A stretch of 64,000 nt of DNA from Emiliania huxleyi CCMP1516. Its lineage: Eukaryota. The position numbers were made by a program, and so were the translations under genes. Below are positions 11,613 to 22,873 of this stretch, piece after piece (the stretch's first letter is position 1; each line of letters opens with the position of its first letter). The stretch covers positions 1,349,331 to 1,413,330 of the forward strand of contig NW_005202428.1 of assembly GCF_000372725.1 (NCBI RefSeq), written 5' to 3'. Under the pieces are notes generated by a model, which worked only from the letters and a program-made list of their open reading frames with translations, was not told the DNA's origin and did not search any database.

Positions 11613-11911
11613 TCTATTGTGCTGTGAGACCGGATGTCCTCGCGCAAACGACCACTCCGCGACGGCGAGCCGGGCTTCCCCTCGGACTCCGCCCCGGCGC
11701 CAGCCAACCCGTCAAGCACGCCTCAAACTTCGGCGACCCCGCCCGTCGACCCCTCCACCAATAGCCCCATCCTGCCGCGGCCGCCTCGACGCCGGGCCCC
11801 ACCACAGCAAAGTCCGGGCGCAGGACCCTCCAATGCGACGCCTCCGCCGGTGCGCGACCTCACACCAGACATGATGCAGGGCGGCGAAGGCGACCCTTGG
11901 TCGTCTCTCGT

Positions 11912-12053
11912 CTGCCTCTTTCTATCTCCCTTCGCAGTCCCTCGCCGATTCTCGCTGCAACCTTCATGCCACCTCGCGGTCGTCCCACTCTCGTCGTTCT
12001 CCCTCCTGTCGCTTCCTCCTCTGTCGCGTCGCTCTCCTCTGCCTCGTTCTGCG
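11912..12053 (+). repeat. Pyrimidine-rich dispersed repeat D (~140 bp)
   Basis: tctgcctctt.ctatctc.cttcgcagtc.ctcgccg.ttctcgctgcaaccttcatgccacctcgcggtcgtcccactctcgtcgttctc recurs at 16681-16822. Confidence 0.9.
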
Positions 12054-12623
12054 ACGCCGCCGCCGCCTGCCGATCCCTTGCTCTCGCGGCTTCTCCAGCC
12101 TTTCGGCGCAACTCTGCCCTCCTCGCGGCATATTTTGGCCCCTCGAGTTCATCGAGCTCTCCACCTCTCATCGCGCAAGGACGACTCTTCTGACGCCCAC
12201 TGCGATCATTTGCCGCCAAGTCATATCGTTGCTCAGGTCCACTCTCTTTCGAACACTTGTACCTCCACGGTCGGTGTTGGCGCTGGGGTCCCCTTCGGGT
12301 GCATCGTTACAGCTGACGATGGGATTACCACTGGTGTTTCGTCCTCCTCGGAGTCTTCTTCCCCGGCTTCCTCCCGTTCGGCTCTACGTTCAGCGTGGCT
12401 CACCCTCCATGCCGTGAACAGGCGCTTTATCCGGGCGCCGTATTCGGCGGCCGGAAAATCTTTTTGCTTTTCGCTTAGGCGGCTCCCGTGGTGTACCTGT
12501 GTTAGTGCCAGTGCGCGCCAGTTCCGTGCAGCGGCGAGATTCTTTTTTGCTGCCTCTTGCTTCCGAGAGTGTCCACCTCCACCTCGCTGTAGACAAGGCC
12601 AAGTCCGACGCCGGCAGACCCAG

Positions 12624-13378
12624 ATGAAGTTGCCACCAGCTCCGGCCGCCACGACAGCCCACGCCAGCGCCTGGGTCGTGGGCGCGCTGCTCAGCTTGTC
12701 GCTGACGGTAGCGCCGCCAGCGTTTGCCGCTGCCGAGCTTGAGTACTCAGAGGGTGGTGCCTACCAGGGCTCCAAGATCGGCCAGGACCAACAGTTCAAG
12801 GCGGGCATAGGCAAAGGGGCAGAGAAGGCGGAGAACTCGAAGATCCAGGGCGGCGGCGCTAGCACACTGCAGGGAGGCAGACGCATCACGATTACCCGTG
12901 GAGTGAACCTGGATAACACAATCTGGAAAGGGGAAAATCTGAAGGGTGTTGCGTTCCAGCAGAGCGTCGTTCGATCGGCCGACTTTGAGGGCTCCGACCT
13001 GCGCACGGCCTCGTTCTTCGACGCCGACCTCTCCAACTCCAACTTCAAGGACGCCAACATGGTCGAGACGAACCTCGAGATGGCGGACCTCACAGGCGCG
13101 GACCTGACCGGCGCCGACCTGACAAACGCGTACATGACGGGCGCCGTGGTCAACGGCCCCAAGGGTGGCCTCACCAAGATCGACAACACAGACTGGACCG
13201 ACGCTCAGCTGCGCAAGGACCAGCGAACCTACCTGTGCTCGATTGCGAAGGGCATTCCCTCGTGCCTGCACGGCGCCGGCTGGCCGCGAGCATTCTCTCT
13301 TCACACCTGCTTGCCTGAACAGGCGAGAACCCCAAAACGGGCGTGGAGACGCGCATGAGCTTGATGTGCAAGGAGTGA
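12624..13378 (+). CDS. Thylakoid-lumen pentapeptide-repeat protein (TL17-like); true 5' end may lie upstream
   Basis: Hydrophobic stretch ending PPAFA; A(D/N)LxG pentapeptide repeats; DWTDAQLRKDQRTYLC..AK, then GC-AG intron 13252-13322, then GENPKTGVETRMSLMCKE*, which completes the conserved two-Cys C-terminus. Confidence 0.85.
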
Positions 13379-13840
13379 GGCGGGCGCTGATAGCAGTGGC
13401 CTCCTTGCTCCTATGAACCCGAGCCGAACGGAAGGACTGGGGGCGCGCGCCGCGGGCCGGGGCGCTCCCCGCCCGCGCCGCCCCCGACATGTCACATGAT
13501 CGTCCGAGACGCGACACAGTGTTGATAGAGAGTATAGCGACAGATCAAAAAATCCGAGCCGAATAGCGGTGCGTGCGGACACAAAAAAAACTGTTCAGTT
13601 TTCAAAGGCAAAAACGCCACAGGCACAGCCTACGGCTACGCCCTCCCCTCACACTGACACTTCTCCCCTATTCCCGTCTTTAGGTTGCGCACATCTCCCA
13701 GCGAGCTAGGCACACAGGGCCCGCCGCACACACAAGAGCTTTTTTGTGATTTCCATTTTCCTCATTCCTGTGCGCTGTGGTGTGGAGACTGGAGAGTGGA
13801 GTGTGGTGTCTGGTGAGAGAGACACTCTGTTGCAACACAA

Positions 13841-14464
13841 TCACCGACGGGAGTTCCGACCTGCAGACGACGCCCTGCGCCCGCCGCCTCGCCCGCTCCC
13901 CGCTGCCCTCGCGGTGCTACTCCTCGCCCCGCCACCGCTTTTGTCCGCCAGGCCGCCGCCGTTCCTCTCGACGCGTTCGCGTCTCCGCTCGTCTGCCTTG
14001 GCATGTTGCGCGTCCACGGTGCTCTGCAGGTGCGCTTGAATCGCGCCAAACGGGTCCGACTTGAAGGCGGGGTGGTCGAGGACGTCGCGCATGTTTGCCG
14101 TCTCGTCGGCAACGAGCTGCAGCCGCTTCTTCGCGTTCAGGCCGACGCCTGCGCTGCCGGCGCTGCTGCTCGCCGCCTTCTCCTCTCCCGCCGCAAGCAT
14201 CTCCTCCAGCGATGCACGCATCCCACCCAGGGCGGCGAGCGAGCCGCCGCGCTTCTTCACCTTGGCCTTCAGGGCCGCGGCCTTGGCCATGGCCTCCGCC
14301 TTTGACGCGGCCGCCTCACCCTCCAGTTGTGGAAGCAGAGCGTGCGTCCGGTGCTTCTTGACCTTCTTGACGCTCCCGCCCTTGACACCCTCGGCGCCGG
14401 CCGTCTTGGGCTTCTTCTTCTTCTTCTCGCCACCGATCTTGGTGCTCGCTGCCTTCTTTGCCAT
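13841..14464 (-). CDS. SLX9: Ribosome biogenesis protein SLX9-like
   Basis: Lys-rich N-terminus; C-terminal KKRLQLVADETANMRDVLDHPAFKSDPFGAIQAHLQSTV matches the SLX9/FAM207A motif. Confidence 0.8.
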   Translation of the reverse strand: MAKKAASTKIGGEKKKKKPKTAGAEGVKGGSVKKVKKHRTHALLPQLEGEAAASKAEAMAKAAALKAKVKKRGGSLAALGGMRASLEEMLAAGEEKAASSSAGSAGVGLNAKKRLQLVADETANMRDVLDHPAFKSDPFGAIQAHLQSTVDAQHAKADERRRERVERNGGGLADKSGGGARSSTARAAGSGRGGGRRASSAGRNSRR

Positions 14465-14536
14465 GTGGAGTGGATCCGCGTCGCCAGGGCTGTGGGTTGG
14501 CCACTGGGGCTCCTATGGTATCCAACCGCCTTTCTC

Positions 14537-15544
14537 GCGTCCACCCATACCGCGTTGGTGTCCAATCCGAGCCTGGCTGTTCTTCACCTTCTCACACGCA
14601 TGCCCCTCCGTTGGGATTGCCAATTTTCAAATTACGGGTAATTTTTACTTCTATTGCTTCAATGTTTTGCCACGCTCGATCCGGATCCATCCCCAGCGAT
14701 CCCCCAGGTCCCCACCCATCCCCACCCATCCCCACCCATCCCCACCCATCCCCACCCATCCCCAGCCATCCCCAGCCATCCCCAGCCATCCCCGTACGGG
14801 CTGGTTCAGGCGGGGGCGGTGGGGCGGCGGAGCCGGTGGCGGACGTGCGCGGCGTGCCTCCTCGAGCTCCTCGTCGTCGCCAAAGTCACGTGCGGCGGCT
14901 GCGGCGGCCAAGCCACGCTCCAGCTCGGGCAAGAACTTGACGGCGTTCTTGAGGCAGCTCGTCTGAACTGGGTGGACCACGGCATACTTGGGCAGCTGCG
15001 CCTCCAGCCACGCCTTGATGCCCTGCGCGAGGAGGTGAGCGCCACATCGTCCTTTGACAGAGAACAGGTAGCACGCCAGCAGCCGGCCGCCCTGCTTGCC
15101 CGTGACGCCGACGCTCTCGTCGTCCTCGTGGTCATCGGTGTCGATGTCAGAGCCGAGCAGCTTGCTCACGATGGCCTTGGGCTCGAGCTCTGGGTAGCGC
15201 GTCGCGATCACCTGCGAGCACGTGTGTGCAGCTGAGGGCGCGTGTGCGTGTGTGCTGTGTGCCTGACGCATGCGCGCAGACGCGCGAAGGTACTTCACAA
15301 CAACATGTACATGTACACAGCGTGCGGCCGACGTGTCCCGCCCCGAGGTCCCCACCCATCCCCACCCATCCCCACCCATCCCCATCCATCCCCAGCTCGC
15401 TCTATCACACCCCCCAAGAGAGCCCTTGGGGAAATCCGTTCGCCATACGCTCCGAGCGGCATGCCTGTGATGACGAAGATCCTAGGTAGGAAGGTGAAGA
15501 ACAGCCAGGCTCGGACTGGACACCAACGCGGTATGGGTGGACGC
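14537..15544. mobile_element. ~1 kb segment bounded by inverted family-B repeats, containing an orphan exon
   Basis: 55-bp inverted copies (1 mismatch) at 14537-14591 and 15490-15544. Internal minus-strand exon from AG acceptor at ~15211 (VIATRYPELEPKAIVSKLL...) is flanked by (CCCCACCCAT)n arrays at ~14710-14792 and ~15349-15392. Confidence 0.5.
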
Positions 15545-17101
15545 TGGACAGATGATGACGACACGCACGAGCGACACACAGACACAAAACAGGCTCACAA
15601 GACACACAGCCAGCTGGCTGCCACACACCCTGAGTTGGCGTACACATAACTCAGGGCCACATCCTCCCTGTCCCCCCCCCAGCACACACGGTGCCAAGGA
15701 CACAAACAAGGGCACAACAACAGCACAACAGACGACAGGAAGTAACATGTGAGACTAGAGCAGGCTTGCTCCGTCTCTAGCAATCTCGTCGCCGGCCGCA
15801 AGGCATGGACGAGACCGTGTGCGGGGTCATGTGAGGTGTCTATGGACGCCCTCCTCAGAGGCTAGCGGCCTACCGCTAGCCCTAACTCGCACTCACGGGT
15901 GACGACAATTCATTGGGTGAGTGTTTGCGAGCAGAAGCGCGTGTGCTAATTCTAGGCCCCACGTCGTGGCACTATGACGGAGTTAGACGTGCGGCCGCAG
16001 CGCGCCCGCCGCAGGCTCGGCGGTACGCGCGTGTTAGCGAGAAAGTTGCGGGTAGAGCCATGCCCGACTTTTCGAAGGCGAGGCCTCTGCGACGAGTGCC
16101 AGCCGCGCTGCGGAGCCACGCTCTTCGAGCCGCGTCCCGTCGGCACTGCCCCTGAGTGCGTCCCGCCTTGGCGGCACGCACTCGACGAGGACAGTCCGGC
16201 CCACGGGACTGTGTCGCGCGCCGGCGACGATTGCGGCATGGTGGTTGCGTGTACGAAGCGAAGATGGCACGACCACCGCCCTGCATCGCAGACCGGGCAA
16301 GGAGGGGCCTGCTCCCGTTCCGCGAGGAACAGGAGGCGTCTCCCCCTCCCCCGGCCTGAGCAGCTACGGGTGGAAGGCAGCCCCTTGAGTCGAGGGCGGC
16401 GCGACCATTGCGCTGACTCAAAGACCAGAGCTGGCCCGTTCAGTACAGATGGTCGTGCCGCCCCGCTTCCGCGTCGCCCGCTGCCGCGCCGCCCCGCCGC
16501 CCGATGATTATTAATTAATAATTAATTAACAAATAAGTAATTACCCCACCCGCCGCCGCGCCGCCGCGCCATGTGTCGCCCGTTGCCTCGCCGCGCCGCC
16601 GCCTCGCGCCGCCCGCCGCCGCGCCGCGCCGCCGCCCAGGAGAGGTGTGTGATGCGCTAGCCGTCGCCCACCCTAGGGAGTCTGCCTCTTCCTATCTCTC
16701 TTCGCAGTCTCTCGCCGCTTCTCGCTGCAACCTTCATGCCACCTCGCGGTCGTCCCACTCTCGTCGTTCTCTCCCTTGTCATTTCCTCCTCTGTCGCGTC
16801 GTTCTCTTCTGCCTCGTCCTGCGTAAGCAACCGTGGTCTCGGGCTCGGGGGTGTTTTTTTTGAGCTAGACTTCGTAAAGAAAGAAAGAAAGAAAACAGAC
16901 ACGCCAAACGAGGGATGGGACGGGGACAGGGTCCCCACCTGCACGAGCAGGATTTTGGTAGACTTCGTTGTTAACAAGCGAAGGCACAGACCGTTTTTTT
17001 TCGCACACAAGACAGGGCTGTGCCCCGAACACTGGTCGTCGCGCAGTCAGTCTTCCCGCCGCCTCTCGACCACCCATTGCGCACGCGGCGGGAGTTGAGC
17101 G

Positions 17102-20100
17102 ATGCCGGACGATCTCAAATCCGATCAGGAGCCACGAATACCAGAGCCGCGATTACACCGCGACTCGGAGACCAAATCGACGACGCCGCGGAGCTCGCGC
17201 AGCTCGTTTGGAGAGGAGGAGGGCGATGCGTGTGACGGCGACGCGGGCGCGGGGGAGGAGGGAATACAGGGCAGAGAGGGCGAAATCGCGAGCACGGGGG
17301 CGACGGAAGACGGGCACGGAGTGTCGAGTGGAGGATCACCGGACGGGAGCGGCACGGGCGCCGCCGGCGCGGCGGTGTCTGTGGGGACGGGCGCAGCCGT
17401 CTCGCAGAACCTGGTGGCGCTCTTTAGCCAGACGCTGTCGCTCGATGGCGAGGGCGAGCCGTGGGAGAACCGGGTGCGCGAGTCGGCGGACAACGACGGC
17501 GAGAGCCTCGTCACCTTTGGTCCGGCGACGGAGGAGGAGCTGGAAGACATTCTGGGGCGGTGAGAGGGCGTCCGTTCATTCATCTTACCTCCCCTCCTCC
17601 TCCTCCTCCTCCCCCTTCCCCTCTCCTGGCGCGAGGAGGAGAGCATCAGCAGCTCCCGGGAGGGGGCGGAGGGGGGAGAGAGTTGGGAGGGAGGGAGGGG
17701 GGAGAGGCGTGGGCAGCGACGTCTTGACGCGCCCGCCTCGCCCGCCCGCCGTCGCAGGCTGAAGCAGGTTGCTCAGACCGTCGGCTGCGATTGCGTCGTC
17801 GTGCACACGTCGGAGGCGGTCGACAGGCGAGCGAGAGGGAGGGAGGGAGGGAGGGAGGGAGGGAGGGAGGGAGGGAGGTGCCCCGCGCGGTTTTGCCTCT
17901 CCCGCCCTCGCCCGCGGCCTCGCCTCTCCCGCCCTCGCCCCGCCCGCGCGCCCTCTGGTGTTCCCTCCTCCCAGGAGCACGCAGGACAAGCCGGAGCCCT
18001 CTCCCTCACCCTCCTCCCTCACCCTTCTCCGTCACCATTCTCCCTGACCCCTCTCCCTCACCCTCCTCCCTCACCCTTCTCCCTCACCCTTCTCCCTGAC
18101 CCTTCTCGCACCCTCCCTTCTCAGGGGCGAGGTCAAGCTGACAAGGTACGCGATGGTCCGCAAGCTGCCGTCGCAAGGCGAGGCCCGCCGCACCTCGGCC
18201 GCACCTCGCGCCGCTCCCGCTCTCCTCGGCCGCACCTCGGCCACTCCTCCACCTCTTGCTTGCCGCGCCTCCGGCTCACTCGCTGGCGCCTCCTCGCGGC
18301 CCGCCCGCGCCGCAGGGCACCACCTCGACCTCCGCGTCGCCGTCGTCGGGAACGTCGACGCTGGCAAGTCGACGCTGGTCGGCGTGCTCACCGGCCCAGT
18401 CAACTTCCTGGACGACGGGCGCGGGCTGGCGCGCTCGCGCGTGCTGCGGCACAAGCACGAGGCGGAGGCGGGGACGGGCGGGACACCCGTCCACGGCACG
18501 CCCGAGGCACGTCCCATAGGCACAAGCACGAGGCGGAGACGGGGCGGACCTCCTCCATCGCAGAGGACCAGCACATGCGCCTCTCCGCACGGGGCGACTG
18601 CCTCGCCACGGTGAGACGGAGAGATGGGGAGAGATGGGGAGAGGTGGGGAGATGTGGGGAGATGTGGGGCGACTGCCTCGCCACGGCGAGACGCGCCCAG
18701 ATGCGGGAACTGACAGCCGCCTCCTCCAGCTCGCTCCGTGTCAGACACGGAGCCCCCACACTCACGACTCTGGCGCACTCGCGCTGCAGGAGAGGCACGC
18801 CAAGCCGTCCGACAGCAGCGCGGCGCAGACGGCGAAGGTGGTGTCCTTCATCGACCTTGCGGGGCACGAGCGCCACGTCCGCACCGCCGTCTACGAGCCT
18901 TCCGGGAACCTTCTAGGAACCGTCCCCTAGGCACGAGCGCTACCTCCGCACCACCGTCTACGGCCTGACCGCCCACGAGCCGGACTATGTCATGGTGGTC
19001 GTCGGCGCCAACCACGGCATCACCCGCATGACCAAGGAGCACGTCGGCATGGCGATCGCGCTCAACGTGCCGCTCTTTGTCGTCGTCACCAAGGTGGGAC
19101 TCTGCCCCCCGAGCCATGGACGCGTCCGCCCAGCCTCGGTGGACCAAGCCCCGGTGGACGGGCGGCAGGTGGACCTCTGCCCCGAGCCCGTCATGAAGGA
19201 GACGATGAAGCAGCTCGCGCGCATGCTCAAGCTGCCCGGCGCGAAGAAGCAGCCGTACGTGATCCGCTCCGAGGACGAGCTCATGATCGCGGTTCGCTCG
19301 TTTGGCCGCTCCGCCGTCGCGCCCATCTTCACCATCTCGTCGGTCGACGGCGCCGACGCCCCCCTCCTACCGAGCTGCGCCTGTGGACCGCGTCTCTTCA
19401 CGCCCCCTGGCCGAAAGAGTAGGCACAAACGTCCCCCTGCTGCGCCAGTTCTTCAACCTGATGCCCTCGCGCCGCGCGTGGGCGGCGCAGAGCCAGCAGC
19501 CGCCCGAGTTCCTCATCGACCAGTTCTTCAACGTGCCCGGCGTCGGCCTGGTCGTGGCCGGCACGCTGCTCTCCGGCGTCGTCTCGCTCAATCACGTCCT
19601 CGCGATGGGCCCGAACAACGTGGGCAAGTTCAACACCGTGACGGTCAAGAGCATACACCACATGCGGACGGCGGTGCCCGCCCTGTTGCCCGGCCAGACG
19701 GGCGCCTTCGTCGTGCGCTCGCGCACCAAGGAGCACGTCAAGAACTTCGGCGTCCGCAAGGGGATGGTGCTGCTCGAAGGGACAGAGGTGACCACTGCTG
19801 CTAGGCCACCCGGCTACGTCTACTCTCATTCTCACGATGATGAGGAGCATTGGCTCGCCCCCTCGCCCTTTCCCCTCTCCCCGCACCCGGCGACTGCCTT
19901 GGCGCAGGAGCCTCGCGCGACGCGCACCTTCGCGTGCGACGTCCTCGTCCTCCACTCGCAGACCACCATGCGCGTCAACTACCAGCCGATCCTCTATGCG
20001 CGAAACGTGCGCCAGTGCGTCCGGATCGCGGCGAAGACGAGGAGGCCCTCCGGACACCGCGTCCTGGACATGTCCTGGACGTGTGCTCGACATGCCCCAT

Positions 20101-20255
20101 AGGCGATGGACAAGGAGGTCCTCCGCACGGGCGTGCGCGCGCGCGTCACGTTCGAGTTCATGTACCGCCCCGAGTTTTTGCAGCAGGGCACAAAGGTGCT
20201 CTTCACCGAGGGCAAGACCAAGGCCATCGGCACGATACGCGAGCTGCTCGGCTGA
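17102..20255 (+). CDS. GTPBP1: GTP-binding protein 1/2-like translational GTPase, multi-exon
   Basis: [20 protein letters not shown] (G1), [41 protein letters not shown] (G3), VVTKVDLCP (G4), [13 protein letters not shown] and [21 protein letters not shown]. Confidence 0.92.
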
Positions 20256-21157
20256 ACGCGGGAGGGGGGGGCGGGGCGGGCGGCACGGTGGACGGGGATG
20301 GGGGCGACGGGAGCGGTGTGCTCTCCGCGCCGGTTCGCTGTCCGTGGTCGGACAGCTGTCGAGAAGGGCCGTGGCCCTCTCCCGTCGCCGGCCAGCGCCC
20401 TCGCCCTTGCATCCCTCCGCCCCTCGCCCTATCCGCGTAGCGGGCTAGATGACGGGTGCAGGGAGAGCAGCTCCTCTGCTGCTCACACGCTCTGCACAGT
20501 TGGCACAGCCTACTGTGCGGCTGCCACAGCTGTCACAGCGATGGGCTCGCCCTCACTGGCCCTCAGTCACTTGTGCTGCGGCTTGTGTGAGCGACACTGC
20601 TCGGCGACTCGTGCCGGCACACTGAGAGAGACTGTGAGACCATGGGTGTGAGGTAAAACCACGCTACCAGCGCTTGGTCACATCAGCCCTGAGGTCATAT
20701 CCTTCTCCTCTGTTGATGGTAACACTTGTCTACTCGCTGGAGCCGAGCAGGAGGGCCCAGCGCACAACCCCTGGTCAACTCACCCTCCACACCCCGTACT
20801 GTAAAGCCGTACGCCCTGCGGCATTCTCGGCTCTATCTTGCCCTAGAGTCTGTAGAGGCCGTATGTACGGATTTTCCCCGACACCCCCCACGCGTGTGCT
20901 TGACCGCGTACACAGCACACCAGTCCTGTGGCGACGCGGCCTGATCCCTAGGTGGATGCGGGGGCTTGAGACGATGGCCGGATGCCCTCGCTTTCATGAG
21001 CGCAGTGGTGCACTCGAGAGCTTCCGCTCGAGGGCGACGGTGTAGGCCTCCACGTCCTCCATTCGCTGCTGTTCCGCCACGTCACGGATGGCAGAGGGAT
21101 GCGGCAGATTAGAGGGTTCGCGTTGGGTAGGAATAGGCGGGGGTGGGGGCGATGACC

Positions 21158-21558
21158 CGGAACGCGCGGCTGGCGATGCTCGCAGCGGCCGGCTGGCCTC
21201 TCTCTGAGCTGCTCCGAGGGGGCCGAGCCCCCTCCGTCCTGAATGGAGGGCTCGGCGACGGCCCGGTCCCCTTCACCCTTGTGCTCGCGGCGGGCGCCGC
21301 CGCCTACGTCGAGTACCTCAGCGGGGAGGCCGCCAATCAGGCTTCGGGGCTTGGCCCAGCGCCCCGCTTGGCCGGCGACTCGGGTTCGATCCTCTGGGAG
21401 TGATGGCCGAGGAGGGTGCTTACCGCCGCAAGGAGTTGAGCGCCAACGAGCTCTTCAACGGCCGGCTCGCCATGCTCGCCATCACCGGCTTCGCGGCCCA
21501 GGAGTTCCTATGGGGCACGCCGGTCGTCGAGCAGACGCCATTCTTCTTTGGGCGTTGA
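21158..21558 (+). pseudogene. 5'-truncated, frameshifted light-harvesting complex (LHC/FCP family) gene
   Basis: RNARLAMLAAAGWPLSEL, GRAPSVLNGGL, then a 1-nt loss at ~21380 (GD-GFDPLG), then ELFNGRLAMLAITGFAAQE..TPVVEQTPFFFGR*. No targeting peptide or start of helix 1. Confidence 0.85.
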
Positions 21559-21863
21559 TTGGGGCTCTCTGAGCCGCTGGACCCGCTCGCCGCTGTGCTG
21601 AGAGTGCACCCCGTCGTCCAAAGGCACCTTTGGGGTGAGAGTGCACCTTTGGGGTTGCGGTAAATCGATAGTACTAGCGATGACTCGAAAGAGACGATGG
21701 ACAGACGGATCCACACGGATCCACACGGGGTCGTCCGAGGGCGCACACGATTTGCGCAAGGACTCTTTGCGCAAGGACTCGCACAACGCCAAGGAAACAA
21801 CCCGCATTTTGGGAACTCTCTCTCCCATCTCTCCCGACAAAGGCGCTCGCGCCGAGTAGGCAC

Positions 21864-22673
21864 TCAGGCCTTCATCTCCGCCATCTCCTTGCAGGTCAGT
21901 TTGAGCACGGGCTCCACCTGCGCGTCCTCCATGAAGTCAACCACCAGCGTGGCGGCCCAGCACGGTGCCGGGGAGGGCTGGTGCTGCAGGGTGCGCGCGG
22001 CGGGTTTCTGTCGGTCTCCACAGAGCAGGGCGCAGCCGGAGGAGACCGGCCCAAGCGTGTAGCACGAGGCTCCTGCCGGGAGCTGCAGCTGCGCCGTCTC
22101 GTACGCCGGGTCCACCTTAGAGCTGCGCTCGTTCGAGAAGCAAACGGAGAAGTCGAGCTTGTGCCGCTCGCGACGGTCAAAGAGGACGGTGGTGACGGTG
22201 CGGCGCTGCCTGTAGTGCTTGTCGGCGTGGCGGCGGATGCTGCCGAGCGGCGGGTAGAGGCGGACGGCCTTGTGCAGGCGGTAGCCTGCGCGCCTGTCGA
22301 GCGCCTCGAGCAGCCGCTTCAGACGCTTCAGGGCAGCGGTGCCCGCCTTGCCGGCCGCGCGAGAGGTGATCGCCGCCTTCAACGCCTGGTGGTTGCAGGT
22401 CGTGTCCTCGTAGATGAAGGAGGACGGGTGCCCGCCCGCCGCGGTGAAGCCGAGACCGCGGGGCTCGAGAAGCCCCGTCAAGGCCAGCGAGCGAAAGAGC
22501 TCCGAGAGCAGCCGGCCCGGGAAGGCGGCGTCGAGCAAATTGTGAGGGAGCGTCTCAATCTCGCGTAACGCCGCGTCGTGGATGAGCACGCCGGGCGTGA
22601 GCTGCTGCAGGACGCGGCGGCGCCGGAGGACGTGCATGGCTGGTGGGGGTTTGCGACGCCCTTTCGGCACCAA
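21864..22673 (-). CDS. Hypothetical protein, possibly a divergent 2OG-Fe(II)/AlkB-like dioxygenase
   Basis: RLYPPLGSIRRHADKHY (Y..G.I..HxD), LQLPAGASCYTLG and distal TLQHQPSP follow AlkB-like spacing; the C-terminal Arg is not evident. Confidence 0.35.
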   Translation of the reverse strand: MVPKGRRKPPPAMHVLRRRRVLQQLTPGVLIHDAALREIETLPHNLLDAAFPGRLLSELFRSLALTGLLEPRGLGFTAAGGHPSSFIYEDTTCNHQALKAAITSRAAGKAGTAALKRLKRLLEALDRRAGYRLHKAVRLYPPLGSIRRHADKHYRQRRTVTTVLFDRRERHKLDFSVCFSNERSSKVDPAYETAQLQLPAGASCYTLGPVSSGCALLCGDRQKPAARTLQHQPSPAPCWAATLVVDFMEDAQVEPVLKLTCKEMAEMKA

Positions 22674-22873
22674 CTATCGCCGCGAAATGAAAAAGCAATC
22701 TCGTTTCTCTTTTTCATTTCGTTTTGATTTTAAAAAAATCTTGCCGAGGTTGCCCTACCCTCGGCGCGTCTGAATTCGGACGCCTGTGCTACCCTTCACA
22801 CATGGCCGCCGTGCAGGGGGGCGGCTGGGCGCGGTGAGGCGGGAGCCACCGGCACCGCCCCCAGCGGGCCGGA

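Noticed and set aside
11634..12623. N-terminal 330 aa of the 574-aa ORF as part of the pentapeptide protein
   Set aside because: It overlaps dispersed repeat D and low-complexity DNA, so it is probably a fortuitous open frame.
16506..16542. AT-only island as a regulatory site or element end
   Set aside because: It is striking against the GC background but single and short, with nothing to support a function.
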